The notes: generated from the sequence alone by a model not told the origin. Counted from the first letter of the stretch, positions 40,418 to 55,400 are shown. The stretch is DNA of 64,000 bases from Tubiluchus corallicola (GCA_030141605.1 JAQGDQ010000086.1:367418-431417); one strand, 5' to 3'. Numbers and translations are program-made.

Positions 40418-43400
40418 CTGGAACGGAATACAAAGTGTGACTACTATAGATAACATTATTATAAAGTGTGACTAGCACAGTTAACATTAAACAAACACAC
40501 AAAAAAAACAAACACAAAAAAAACAACACAGATAACATAACAAAAGTTGACTACCACAGATAACAAAACAAACACTAACATTAATACAAGGTGTGACTAC
40601 TACAAAAAATATTAATACAAGGTGTGATTGCTACAGATAATATTAATACCAAGTGTGACTACAGATAACATGAATACAAAGTGCGACTGCCACGGATAAC
40701 ATTAACACAAAGTGTGACTGCTACAGATAACATTAATATAATGGGAGTACTACAGATAACATTAATACAAAGTGTGACTACCACAGATAACATTAATACA
40801 AAGTGTGACTACCACAGATAACATTAACATAAAGTGTGACTACCACAGATAAGATTAATACAAAGCGTGACTACTACAGATAACATTAATACAAGGTGTG
40901 ACTACTACAGGTAACATTAATACAAGGTGTGACTACTGATAACATTAATACAAGGTGTGAATACTACAGAAAATATTAATACAAATTTGACTACTATACA
41001 CTCCCTTTATTATGCCAACCACGCTATCGCCGAAATTTCTAGCAAAACAAAATGTCTATATTTGCATAGTATATGTATGTATTAATGCATCCGTTATTAT
41101 GCCGATCTCGCTATAACGGTAACTTTTATGCAGTCCCTAAGTGGGAGGTATAAAGACCTTTAACTGTATCTGAACATGGCAACAATACTCCTGACATTTC
41201 CAATGTGTCTCTATGAGGATAACCTATGATGGTTAGCTAGTTTCCCGTTCTGCCACACACATAGGTATCACAAGCAAGCAGGGTCGGATGAATGCTGAAA
41301 CTCGTTTAACATGCGTGTAATTTGCCCACTTATTTGCCTAAAGATTATATAGTAACATTGAAAATGACAAAAGTAGCCGTTTTTAGACCATCCAGTTCAC
41401 GAAAAGAGAAATATGACACCATTTACTTACTAGGTCAGTAGGATACAAAGGAAAGTCTTCGGCAGGGTTGGTGATCACATAGCGCTTTGTGCAAGTCGTA
41501 ACCTGTCCATTATTCTCGTGGGCGTCACGAAACCGATATAGGCCTATACACAGCATGCCCATGTTCTTTAGAGCGTACACAAACAGGTCTCCATAGCGAC
41601 CACCGTTCTGCAAAACAAAAAGGAAAAAATGCAAACTATTATTCTTCGATTGCTATTAAATGGCATTGCCATACTGCAAATGATTTAATACCCGGGGAAG
41701 AGTAAACAATTTTCAGTTTGGACTGCCCCAACTTTTAACTAGGCACAGCTGCCTGGAAAATAGAATGCCTCGGTTCCGACTTCCAGGTGACGTGCGAAAC
41801 ATTTTCAGATGTCGTCGCGATTGTCGCCATATTTTTTATGCGAATTTCGGGTTTTTACTTGGGCGCAAAATTCCTTGCGAACTTTTAGTGACTTCTACGA
41901 CAAGGTGAACATTGCACATATTACTGTGATCATTTTGCGACAATCTTATGGAATTTTTGAAGAGAAAGTGCGGGACCTACGTGGTTCGCCAAAATGTGGA
42001 AAAATAGTCACAAAAGGTTCCTCAAGATTTCATGGATTCTGAATTGCTGCGAAAGTTTGCCGACAAATTTGCAAATGTTTAGCACATGTTATGACAGTTT
42101 AGCGAAGTTTTGGCAAAGTGGCAAGTTTTGCGTCTCGGGCGACAAAGTTTAAACATTTTAAAAAAATTTTCTAAAACTGGCAACAACAGCAAACACCGGC
42201 GAATGTTTTGTGAACTTTTGGCATGTTTGGCGACTGTTGGATAAGTCAACTGTGAACTTTTTATATTTTCCTTTCAGTCAAAACTGATTTCAAAAAATCA
42301 ATAACCATGGATCCATTTTGTTGCCAAGTTAAGTTTAGGGATATTCGGGAAAAATGAGAAGGGTTGAATAAATCGATCATTTTGTGTAGTCGTTTATTTT
42401 AATATATTAATTTGTGTTTTTTTTGCTTTTGTTATGGACACCTATATATCTCACTAGATGTTATGTTTATTATGCTGTATTGTTATGTTTTTTCATATGC
42501 AAATAAATCTCTAAACCTGTGAGTAATTTAACCCAAAATATAATATCTATAGTATTAAATAACACAAAAAGACAAACCCCAAACTGAGCAATAGGCCCGT
42601 CGCACAAGGTGATTTGAGCCACTTTAGGTCGATCTCGATTAGCTAAAGTTTCGGGAGTGCTGTAGCCTCCCCGTAGACCCGCCCCTTCAGCTAGTATCAA
42701 TTCAAGCTCAGGGGTGGCGCCACCAGTAATTAGAGTCCTGATTAGCGTTAATGCATTGTCATTGAAGTACGTCTGCAAAAAAAGTTGTTGAATTACCGTG
42801 GTTGTAAATATCTAAACACGCTTAAGAAGCATAAAAATCAACTTTTTTATTAAACATAAATTTAATATAACATATTATTAATACTAAAGTGGAACTTTTT
42901 TTGGACAAATAATTGTTTATATTTTTTTATTTGACAAAAAATTACAATCACAAATGCATTTATAATAACTATAATGGGCAATTAATCAAACACTGACTGG
43001 CTAACGAGGATTTTCTATGTAAAAGCCTTGTTCTGGATTGATTACTTTAAATTTTCAATTAGTTATGCCAATTCGGTTGGTTGTATCTGGCTTCCTGCAT
43101 GATAAGCGTACTGCTGGATATGTACGGACGAAATGATCTGTGTGCGTAATTTCGAAAATAAAACACAAAAATTCCTTCTTTCTTAAGAACAAATATTTTA
43201 ATCTCTGTGCTTGTACGTACATCATTTCAGAGAGTAGAAAGATCACTTATAAGTTTCACAGACACACAACTGCAACTATTGCTAGTTATTCTACCGGTAA
43301 GAATGACGTTAAGAAAGTTATGTAACTTATTTGCTGCATAGCGGCTGTGGGAAAGGCCGGGACAAGTTGGTTATGATGTGTTTGATGTTGAGATAAAACT

Positions 43401-46400
43401 GCAAGAACAGAATGAGCGATGATGAACCTAATGAAAGAAAGATGAAACAAGGCGTTGGGACCACACATTAACACAAGAGTATAAATAATTTGTTTTGTAA
43501 AGTAGAAATCAGAGATTTTAACGTACTATAGATTTAATGTTATTAATTTAAGTCCCCACTTTGTGTAATAAACGAAATGACAGCAGATACTACAGCATTG
43601 TTAGAATCAGAAAAAAATGAGATATCGCCACATTTGGATATTATTCCGAGAGAGCGAGTGCATTTATAGGATAGATATACTGTGTACAGATTTGTCGGTA
43701 AAGTTTATAGTGCAGAAGAAAATGGTTAGTATCTTCATAGGGAGCGCCACAGGATCACTGAAGAGGAAAGGAAATGAAATTACAATGCATATGTGCTTCT
43801 AGTAAACTGTAATTCATTCTCATTCTTGCCATGTAAACCTGGCCAACAAAGCACTAGCAGCAAAATGAGATGGTGGCTTAGCAAACTCATTCTAACTTGT
43901 CCAGCTTACGTTTGAACTGAATAAGAATAGGCATAGAATAGTTGAGTTCTGTATGTTTTGCCCACCCTGTAATTCAAATATTCTACAGACCACAATGCAC
44001 TATCACTAGTTTCAGCTAGTTTCATCACTTGAGCAACTGTTATTTGAATAATATGGATTAAATGTTCATTCTTGCTCCAGTTGATGCCCATTCTTGCTTT
44101 TCAAAGCAAAGCCGAACCCAATCTTAAACTGCAGGTCAAAACAATCTACTCTTTAGAATATTGAAAGGAAACATGCTATTTTTTTTAAAAATGACGTGCG
44201 AAAGAATTATTACCACACAAACACAATTTCACGTTCACGCCACTAGTTCTTCGCTGTTACATGTATTTTGCCATTTGCTAGTTAGGCGGGCATAAGCGCC
44301 TCAGTTTGGAAAGCGTTGTGCAAAAAATAGATGCTATACCTCTTAGTTCAGATGTGTTAGTTTGTGACAAACTACACACGTTCGACAGCTCATGGGTGAG
44401 CACAGCGGTAAATTTGAAATATGAATTTTTATCTTAAAACTTGTCGAGTTTTAGTACAACCTACTGAATATCGTACAGTAGTACTGCACTTCAACTTTCG
44501 CTTTCGCGAACACGTGCAACACGCTTGTGGAATATTTTTGCTGCTGAAAATTATGTTAGTTTGTGATGTCATCAATAGTTGGGCTTGCCCGCCGTTAATT
44601 AGGTTTTTAATCTATAATTTAATTATCAGAAATGCTTTTGCAGTATTAATTGTGTTAAGATGTATACTTTTTATCGGACTTGGAAATGGGGTAGTGTATG
44701 AAAAATACAGTCTTTTTTAAACTTTTTTAAGTGAAAACATTTGTGCATTATATTACTATAGGGATCACATTCTGACAAATGGTAATGAATAATATTTCAA
44801 ATGCTAGCTGGCATAATGAATCTTTTCTGCATTTGCATTAATCTCCCATCTTCATGAAGAACCTAGCAATCCATTTTACAGGAAAATTAAGATTGGCATC
44901 AGGGAATTCTTAATATCCTGCTACATCTTACCACCAAGCGATATGATGATTTGAAGGTTACTAAGCAAGCGAACTTAGTAAGTCGACTGGAGAGTCTGTT
45001 TCAGCCAATCACCAAGCGAGTGGCAGTTATGCTGCTATACAGACAGTTCAACCCTTTACAGGTGAAGTAGTAATATGACCCTATAATTGAAGTGTGCACT
45101 GTTCCTGCACATATGAGGGTTAAGCATAAGTTTAAATAGCAGCTTGCACTGTTCCTGCATATACGAGGGTTAAGTAGAAGTTTAAAATTGTTTTGCATAT
45201 AAGAGGGTTAAGCAGAAGTTTAATTGGCATCTCTGCCTCAGTTCAGAGCAAGCAGGAACAAGGTAAGCCCCGTTTTTTGAAAGCCGCCCACATGCACAGG
45301 CTTGGCATTTTCAGTTCTGCTTCAGCGCAAGCTACTAAGTCCGCTAATTTAAAAACTGCCTTAAAAAGATAATCATAAATTTACAGACAAAAAGCGCATT
45401 ACAATGAATTTCTTTACTAATCCGGAATGACACATTTTCACAGGAAAACCCACATTTACATTTATAAATGTTCTAGTGGGACTTTGTGTAAAAGAAAAGC
45501 ACAATGGAATGGACTACTATATGCACATACCGTACTCATGATTGAGTCTAACACACTAACAGCAAAAGCTGTACCACAGGCAAACGGCTGAGTTAAATAC
45601 AGTTCCGTATCCGGATCGTCATCATCATCCTGGTCCAGGAATTGTACGTTTGAGTCATTCACTGTAAATGAAAAAATGAAATCACTGTGAGTAAATGTCG
45701 AAGAGTTATTTGGTTTACATGACAAAATGACATTTTCTGCCTTTATATTTTAGGATCATCAATGTACTAATTATTCCTTCATTTGCTTGACTCGTAGTAT
45801 TGAAAAAGTCTATGACAAAATGACATTTTGTGCCTTTATATCTTAGTATCATCAATGTACTAATCATTCCTTTTTTCGCTTGATTCGTAGTATTGAAAAT
45901 GGCTATGACAGTCGAAACGATCATCTACGCTCAAAAAACATGTTAATATACACAAAGATAGTAAGTAATTTTTTGTGAGTTCCTTGTTTCCATTGTTAAC
46001 TCTTGAAAAAACAATACAAGCATATAGGAAAAATAACACAGAAGGACAGCAAATAAAAAACAAGGGAGGAACACAGAGGTATAAAATTTAGATTTAGATT
46101 TAATATTACATTCTTTAAAACTTCATAAAGTCCATATACACATCAGTGACACAATAGAAACGAAGTTTGTGCTCTTTCTAGATGCTTGTATTATTTTTAG
46201 GGTGATATCTTTTTTGTGTGTTAATAATATAAGCAAAAAGGCAGAATCACAAAGACCCACCTAACTCGGTGATCATCGGCACATTAGCACCATGAACAGA
46301 TCCTTTACGTTGTAAAACCAACGGCGATCCGAGCTGCACGGCTGATTCTTTACCTTCACCTGAAAAGAAATTAGTCAATGCTAATTGGAACTTTTACCTG

Positions 46401-49400
46401 GTAAGATCTTTATCAAGGAAGGTATTTGTATAATGAATCTGTATAATTATTTGTATAATTGACTTTCCACAGACAGGTTAACTAACATACTTTTTACACA
46501 ACAAGTGTAAAAAGTTTTACAAGACATTGTGAATGAAGCATCTGATCACGGTGACACTGAAACAATTGAACTGACACATGAGTCACATCTCCAACCAGAA
46601 ATTGTTATCAGAGGCAGAAAATGAGACAGGGACGAGCTGTTGAAATAAACGAAATAAAGACATTCATTAGACTTAGTATTTTAACAAGACTTCATACATC
46701 TTGTCGTGAGCCTGTTGCATCACTGTTGTCACATAAAGAAGTCAAACCAATCTTTACTGCAACCATACCTAGAAGTAGACTCAGCAGTATTTTGAAGCAC
46801 CTCAGATTTGATGTGTTCATGGGGCAACCTAAAATGTTTTAAAAACATTTTCACCAAAGCATTTCCAAGCTGCCCGAAAAGGTTCAATCATTTTAAAACC
46901 GTTTTGCACCAAAATCCTTCGAGGGGTCAGACATCAACCATGCACACAATGTGTCTTCTGTTTGTTTTGAAAATTGTTTGTCCAGTGACCATGTGAAACT
47001 GTCTGGCCAATTGAAAATGCTTATACATAGACAAGCAATCTTGATTTTTAGAATGAAATAATTCAGAAAACATCATAAATATCACAATGTCAATGTAAGT
47101 GGTATGATCGAAAATGTCAAATATGGGTCCCAATGCTGCCATTTTTCACAAAATGCAGCCAAGGCCAGAATTTTTTATAGACATGTGTTATAGTGCAGAT
47201 TATAGTAGTTTATGCTAACAGGTCAAAGCCAAGCAATATTTAACTATCAGAATTCGATACTGTAGGATGCATACTATTTTCGCAAGTTGCGTTACAAACT
47301 TTTTAAAGGTCAACGCTAAGAACATTTAGCCTTTAGAAAGGACCATTGGTACTTTTGCTGAAGATCAGAGATCCAACTAATGACAATAGTGAAAGATGGT
47401 GCTTGCAGCAAAAGGAAATTAAATTAACACCAAGCTTGAGGTGTCAAACACTGGTACAATTAGTTCAGCGTGGGAATGGTAAGTGTCTGGGAAGTGGTAA
47501 CACTATAACTCATTAAGATGAAATTTAGAATACCCAGAAGCTTAAAAACAGTACAGAAACGAACTCGTCCAAAACTCAACTTTGTAATACACACTTTCAC
47601 AAGAAGAAATGACAACAGAAAACAACAACAAAAAAAAAACAAGTACAAATCATCTCAACTAACTAAAGCAGGATAGCAACAGCTAAACTGTATACACGAG
47701 TTTCCATAGCAACATGTTATCAGATTCATAACAACCGACAGACAAGTAAGTATGCTGCATGATGCCATAGTCCGCAGATGCTTCATTAAATTTTCAGTAA
47801 AGTTTTTTATTGCAAACGGCTTAGTACTGGCAGCCTGTGAAGCACTGTCGATATGCAGAGATTACCCAAATGTCTCTATACCAGAGACAGCAGAAAAACA
47901 TTACTGGTACAAATTACCAACACCGAAAGAGAATGAAGCATTCTTTGGCAAATGGCTAACTAATTATCCAACGGTTTTTTCTATTAGCAAAAAAACTAAT
48001 GGCATATATGTTGTTGTACAAAGAGACATCAGAACATGGCTTACAGAAATGTCCGAAGTTTTTGACCCAGGAACAAAACTTAAAGAAAAGCCAATCAAAG
48101 TAAGTGGCAGATGCCGTTCGGGACAATTGAATGATGACCACATTGAAAGAACCATAGAAATCGAAATAGTGATAGTAAGCTATAACTTCTTTCCGCCACA
48201 GTTTTTAGATGATACGCCAGACGTGATCATTGTACCTGAATTCACCTCGATTGGAACCACTCTGCAAGTAGTAGAAGCAAAAGACTCCGACCTTTTGCCA
48301 CCGAGTAACGAGATCATCTTCACTATGGGTATTCAAAAATCTTTTTACTTTGACGTTGTTCAAACAGGAGCTTCTCAAGCCAAGGTTATCCTGAAGAGAG
48401 AAGTAGACTATGAAAATCATGCCAACGGTACGCTGCATCTGTTTGTTCAACTTAATGACAAAGGCGTAACTCCAAATTCAAAACAGAATTCAGAGCGGTT
48501 CACGATCAAGCTCATAGACGAGTCACTAAACCCAAAGTTCACAAGTGTTTGGTATCACACAACAGTAAACAATGATGCACATACATCAACAGAACTTGAC
48601 ACCTACCCAACACCAGTGAGAGCGGTCGATGGAGAGACAATGAAATACGATGGCCGTTTGACGTACTCTTTAGTAAACACATCCCAACACTTCACAATGG
48701 AGCAAAAAGGTGAAGGAGCAATAGTGAAGGTTGGCCCAAATGGTCTGCCTGAGTCGGAATACACATTAACAATTCGAGCACAGGTGGACGAGTACCATTT
48801 CACTGATGCATTCTTGACAGTAATAGTGAAGCAACCGAGCAAACCACCAATATTTCTACTGAAATTTTACAAGTTTAATGTTTTGGAGAGCATGCCAGTA
48901 GGGAGGTGGCTCTCGACAATTCCCATCATTAACCAGGGACCTGACACCATTGCGTTTACTCTTATCACACGTGATATAAATGCAACAAATAAGTTTATGA
49001 TTACACCAAAAGGGTTTCTACTTGTAGCAGCTAAGCTGATTCCTGGCGTGTTCAACCTAGCCGTAAGAGCAGATGTTGGCCAACATTCGGGGTTTGTGAA
49101 CATTACACTTACTGTACTAGAAGGATTCGATAAAAATCCAAAGTTTTGGAAACCTGAATATAATTTCGTATACAAGAGATCACTTCCATCAACTTTAAAG
49201 GTAAACGCAACTTGCGCAGGGACAAAAAGTGCTTTGGATTACTCAATACTTGGCTACAGTAACCGTTTTAACATCAACAAACATGGAGAAATTCTAGTAA
49301 AGGTTGAGGATTTGAGCAACACGGCAGACCATTATTTTGAGTTCAGCGTAATTGCGTGCTGCACCCGTGGGGTGCTGTCCGCAGGGGAAGACCAACGCTG

Positions 49401-52400
49401 TAATTCAACTCTGGCAAAGCTTCTCATTGCATCAGGAGGATCGATTAGAAGAGGTCACACACGGCAACAGAATGAGCAAAAAGTGAAAAGGACCAAGAAG
49501 GAAATTACAATTACAGTATATACTTTTATTGCAGTAATGATAGTTGTCATAGTTCTTAACACTGTATATTTATTATACTTAAGAAGAAAGAAGCACAGTC
49601 AGCTGGAATAATCATCAGTTAACACTTGGATAAAACTATCTGAAAAAAATAATGTTCCAGAGCAAAATTATGGTATATATAATCAGCTGTATCTCTGAAA
49701 TGTTGGGCCTTCATGATGGAAATCATGAGAATTGTAACATTAGCAGACTTTGTAGTCTTATACTGCAATTAGGGGAAAAAACGGTTTATTTTTTATTTTT
49801 GGCATCAAGACAAATCGAACTGAATAAGCCTTTTCACAGTTCCAGCGATTGATGATGATCGTTAAAAGGTCAAAGGTTAAGTGTACCAGACAACATATTT
49901 GTGATCACTTAACAAAGCCTTGCAGCCCATGCTACGGTAATAGTAATAGTTTTAACAGCTAACTAGAACCTTACCTAGTTCATTTTTTCTTGATCCCAAG
50001 TAAGATCCCATAGTAAATCACTCTATGCAGAGACTAATGCATAATTAAGTAAAGTTTATATAAAAAACTGACGGTTGCTGAACTGATGTGGCAGACGGCC
50101 TTGGTTTACCCACACATCACATGACCATTGTAGTTAAGACGCATTGCTGTGGTGCACTTAACCTTTCACCTGCAGCAAATGTGCATGCGCACAGCAGAAC
50201 TGTGAAAAGGCTTGTTGCAACAAACACACATTTTGGCCAGATCTATTGTAGCAGACCAATAAAAAGCCGAGACTGAACACAGAACATTTCAAGTTAACAA
50301 CAGTGTTAACAGTTAGGCTAGTTGAATTTACTAAAACGAAGAAAAAATTAATGCTTGTAATACTGCACAGCCACCAGAATTTTTATTACATTAAATCAAA
50401 CATTCGCTTCATCCCAAGGTGCAAATAGAACACACTGTCTTCCTGAAGTTGATTGTAATTGTTCATACTTGTTCAATACAGGAATGCGTAACCTTGAAAC
50501 ATCACGTTAATTGAATATCACATGACACTGACGATAGTCACACACACTTACTTAATATAAAATATTCAATTGTTCCCAAACTTATAAGGGGTTTGCTTAA
50601 ACTATAATGCTTTTCTTGGAATGAAATACAATCATATTTGCTTTGCCGGAAATCGCATTTATGGATGTTGGAAAATTCGGACAAAATCTGGTCCGAGGAA
50701 AGTCCCGCGTACTACAGACATAGTCCATTATTTCGCGAGTTACCGCTAGTTGGCGGGCTGTCACTTTGATTACATCAAAACAGCATGTAACGACACGTGT
50801 AGCTTGTATGTCAGCGTGTTTAGAAATTTTAATCAGCATTTGTAAGTGCTTTAGAGTCAATTATGCGGAGTTATTTGAGCCAATTGCCGACAGTTTTTAT
50901 ATACTTTTGTATAGGAGCGGTCCATACTAGGCGGTTTTGAGTCAATTAGACAATTGATTCTACATTACCGCGAGTCTAATACACGGCAGCTAATATATTA
51001 GCTTAGTATCGGAAAATACGAACAATCGGCAAATTCGGACAGACATTTCATCACTTTTGTTCGGCAAACCTAAATATGTATGTATTACAACAGTTAAGTT
51101 TCTGCTTTACAAAGTTCGTGAAGAGGCTTGGTTTCGTACCTTGACCCTGTAGTAGTCCCAACGTGTCATCAAAATGCATAGCTTTAATATTCAATGATGC
51201 CAATATAGCTTCCTTATCTGCAAGTGTTGGGTCTTCTATTCCAGCAACTTTTGCAGACAGAATCACACACATATCACATAGGTTAACATTTACTGCACGC
51301 AGATCAGCCCTGCTCAGTGGCGAACCCTACAAACAAACGAACATTCGTCAGAAATCAGAAATTTAAGTGGTGAATTTGAAACGAATTTACAGTGAACACC
51401 CAACTTACGAATAACGGTAGCACTTTAAAGTGTTTGCAATCAATAGTACAGAGCAGTACTTGAGATTATCACAAACAAATAATTACATTTTTGGTACTGT
51501 AGTGCTACCGGGTGGCATAGTTACCGTCTGTCTGCTTCCATGTTGGGAACTCGGAGTATTTTGCACATGTATAATGTACAAAAGAGTTGCACAACACATA
51601 AACAATATTCTGTATTACCAACAGTTCAACATGCAAAAGCTCATCAGACAAGTTAGTGCAGTAGCTACTGTATCATTTACTAGTAAATACAGGCACAGGC
51701 AACCCATAATGCTTTTCGGACAATCCTGCCGCGACGTCATTCGCAATATGCAGCCGAGGTCTGGCAAGTGCAGATACAGAACCGCAAATGTTCAAAATGA
51801 GATGAGATCTAACACGTTTTATTAATTCATATAGTTGAGCGCATAAAAACTGGGATATTCGATTTCATTGTTTCTTTTCTGCTTACGTTGTTGATTTTCA
51901 TAATTATAAAAAATGACTGGGCATTTACTTAAAAATGTTTAAGCAAACACATACCTTGGTGTTTAAAGTAGTTTACCCACATTATTTATTACCCAGGTCT
52001 AATATTTTTATCAGTTAAAACAGAGAATTTAAATTTTCTATGCCATCAATGAAGCATGCAAAAGAAACAGCAAGCAGGGAAATAATCAGGGAGATGACAG
52101 ATCAAATCACTTTTGTTGTCGGGTTGACTTACAATAAACAAAGTATGATTTCTTTACCGTGAGGTTAATTACCCAATTAATTGTTTATTAACAATTAGAA
52201 ATATATTTCAGGCCACTAACAAAGATATGAATGAACGGACTGATAAATTTAACAGCACACAAAAAGATAATGTATATTATTATATTCCCGTAATCACTAC
52301 GTTGTACTGGTAGTGCCAGGCGTAGTACCTAGGCCGGCGTAGCTGACTCATTGATAAAGCATGCAATTAAATAATTAAGAAGCTTGTTAGATAAAAACTC

Positions 52401-55400
52401 AGATAAATGCCTTGTGTGGGGAAAACACTAACTTTTGTGACTCACAGTTCGTGTGATCAGGCTTTCAGTATGTAATAACCGATTGTAGTAACAGCGCAGT
52501 TAATTAAAAAATACCAGTGCTTGCTTTTATTTGTGAACACAAGTGGTTACAGTTTCTTCACTACTGCTGAATCTTAGCATTCGGGTACCCGGACACCCAA
52601 TGGATCAGGAATGGGGTGCCCAAGTCTGATTTTAGCTGCCTGTGTAAACACTAACGTACACAAACACTATTAAAATGTAACTAAAATACCTCCAATATGG
52701 AGATCTTAGGTAAATTGTGCAGGTTTTTCCATTCACGTTTCACATATTCAAGATTGCCAAGGATGACTACGTGCTTTAGCTCATGGTAATGAAAGTTCGA
52801 GGCTCGCAGCGGCATGACTAGATTGCGCAAACCGATCAGCGGCGAGTCCTCGTCCGCAAACAGGCAACAAACGACGTGGCCGTTTAATACTGTCATGGCA
52901 GCCTGGTTTCGATCCTGAAATAATTGCAATAAAAGCTGTATGATAATCCACCATTAGCTCATGAAAACTTAAGCCGAAGCCGTATTACAGTCAGTTTGCT
53001 TTAATTCGTGGTAGTGCTCATGTATGTTCACTGCTGCAATGATATAAGATTTTTATCTTTTTGATTGTCGATTACAGTAGCTGGTCATAGTATGCGTACT
53101 GAACTTTGTTATTTAACATTCAATATTTCTGGGCATTTCTTTTGTCATCATCGGAAAGTTGGTAGTTTTAACGACATTTTGAAAAGCAGAACAAATGAAA
53201 ACAAGCCAATCTCAATTTTCTTTTATGCGGTTCCCAAAAGAGTTTTTATTATTATGACCTAGTCAGTTATTATGTGTTAAAGCACTTGATTACGGTGCTC
53301 ATAGTTCATCTATCAATCAATCAATCAGTGTTAATACATCTCGTACTGACTGATTGAAAATAATAATGATAATACTAATTATATAATATGCCGATGTCTC
53401 ATTGTTATCAGCGCATGAGATAAAGACAGACCACCAGTGAAACATACAGAACAAAAACAAGTTGAGTTGATAAAACCGCTAGTATTGCACAGTGGTACAA
53501 ATTTTTAGGTCTCTAGATGATAAAAAACCTGCCCTTTTATCCCTTCACAGTCACTAAACAAAGAACCGAAGATGTGTAAACAGTGGATTTCAACTCACTG
53601 CCAGTCCTTTCAGCGCTTGCCACACCAAATGCAATGCGAGTAAAAGGAGTTCGACACTTGGTTTGTGTACAAAAACGTAAAAGAACATGAGTTCTAAAGC
53701 CGAAATCAGCTTTCCAGACTTTCTAAACTTATTAACTCTTAATTACATTATTTCTACATTAATCTAAGGTACGTTTGCAGAAAATATTTCAGTCACGCCT
53801 ACATGGCTTCATTACAGATTCTCATCTTAAAAAATATGTTTACGAAATGAGATATGCTGGCATGAAACAGGCATAAAAATTATCTTCCTACATTGGCAAC
53901 AGCTAGGCCATAAAGTTTTTTTTAAGTTATCAAATCATGACATGATATGCATAGAAAATCATAGTATTAAATACACAAAAGAGCCAGCTTCTAGGAATCT
54001 ATTTAAATTAAATTAACAAGTTAAATTCTAATCTGTTGTTTTGTAGTTTCAGTTTGTATACATCCTTTGTATTATTAATGTATTATTTATTCTTTTTTGG
54101 CTTGATTTATAGTTTGATAATGGCTTCAGCAACCGAAATGATCGTCACTCAATAAACATCTTAAATCAAAGTATTGATAAGGAGAATGCATTAGTACCAA
54201 AATGCATTCTTCTATCGGCCGGTCAGGGCACCAGTGAAACATGCCCGTCGAGTCGAACCTCTTCTGTTGCTGTTCGACTTCTACGATTGGTATGGAAGTG
54301 TCGCCGAGTGGCGGTAAAAGTTGCACAGATTTGTCATTAGATGGCATCACACTGTTGTTTCGACTAGGTGTCCTGCAAGCATAGAAGAAACAAAATTTGA
54401 AATTCATGTATTCATGTTTGCATATTGAAACATTGAATAAATACACTTCTAAAAAGATACATAATTTATTAAATGTATTGTTTGGTGTCAACATTTAAAT
54501 TTTCACAGGGAACTTGACATTTTTACAAAGCAGCATATACAAAACTCAAATTGATATTGAATTGCTAAAATCAAAATCAAAATAATTTTTTGGTTTGGAA
54601 AGATGCGTCATTACATTCAATAAACAAACAGAATGAGTAGACTTTGAATTCGATAAAACTTCTTTAAAAAATAATATTAGCAAACAATTTGGGTAAGAAT
54701 GATATTTTATGTAGTCCGTACTGCCAAAATTCTGGCAAAACTTTGCAGCCCAACGTGGTAAATAAACTGGCCAACTGGGCCAACAGGACCGGTAGCACTG
54801 CTAACTGTGAACTAACACCACAATCTTATATAAAGGCAAAGCTACTACTTTCAGTCGTGCAGTTTTATGCTAACAAAAATTATTAAGAAACACTATATTG
54901 ATTTCATTCCCCAGAATTAAGACAGCCACAAGAAAGAATATTAAAATATTTATATGTAATAATGTATCTAGACACTACAAAATTTCATCTGACTAAAATA
55001 AAATAATATATAAATCTTAAGACTAGCTAAATAATTAAAGAAGTGCAGCTAATTACTAATATAAATGTATTCAATAATTTTTTCGGCTGATGTAAAATAA
55101 ATAATTACATCACTATAAAACTATAATTATGATATTTACAGAAGAAAAACCTGACTATAATCCTATTAAACAAATGGAGAAAAAACATGTAATTTGAAGG
55201 TTGACAATAGAGTACTAACATTTTAAAATCTACCTCTGCTCTATTTCAAGTGAACAAACATCAAAAACAGCATGAATTAACATATTCTGCACCTGTATTA
55301 TGGTAGGCTACAGGAAAAGGAAAACTAATTTCGCAGGAACTAGAGCTTTTCAAAGTTGTAATTCCTTACTTTTTCTTAATACAGCTTTAAAGAAGTGAAT

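Noticed and set aside
40430-40995. Regularly spaced ~31-bp repeats resembling a CRISPR array
   Set aside because: Units are contiguous with no unique spacers, the context is a eukaryotic intron, and there are no cas genes: a minisatellite.
41750-42260. GC-richer intronic block with GTCGCC/GGCGAC motifs, possibly a MITE
   Set aside because: Could not define termini or a target-site duplication by eye.
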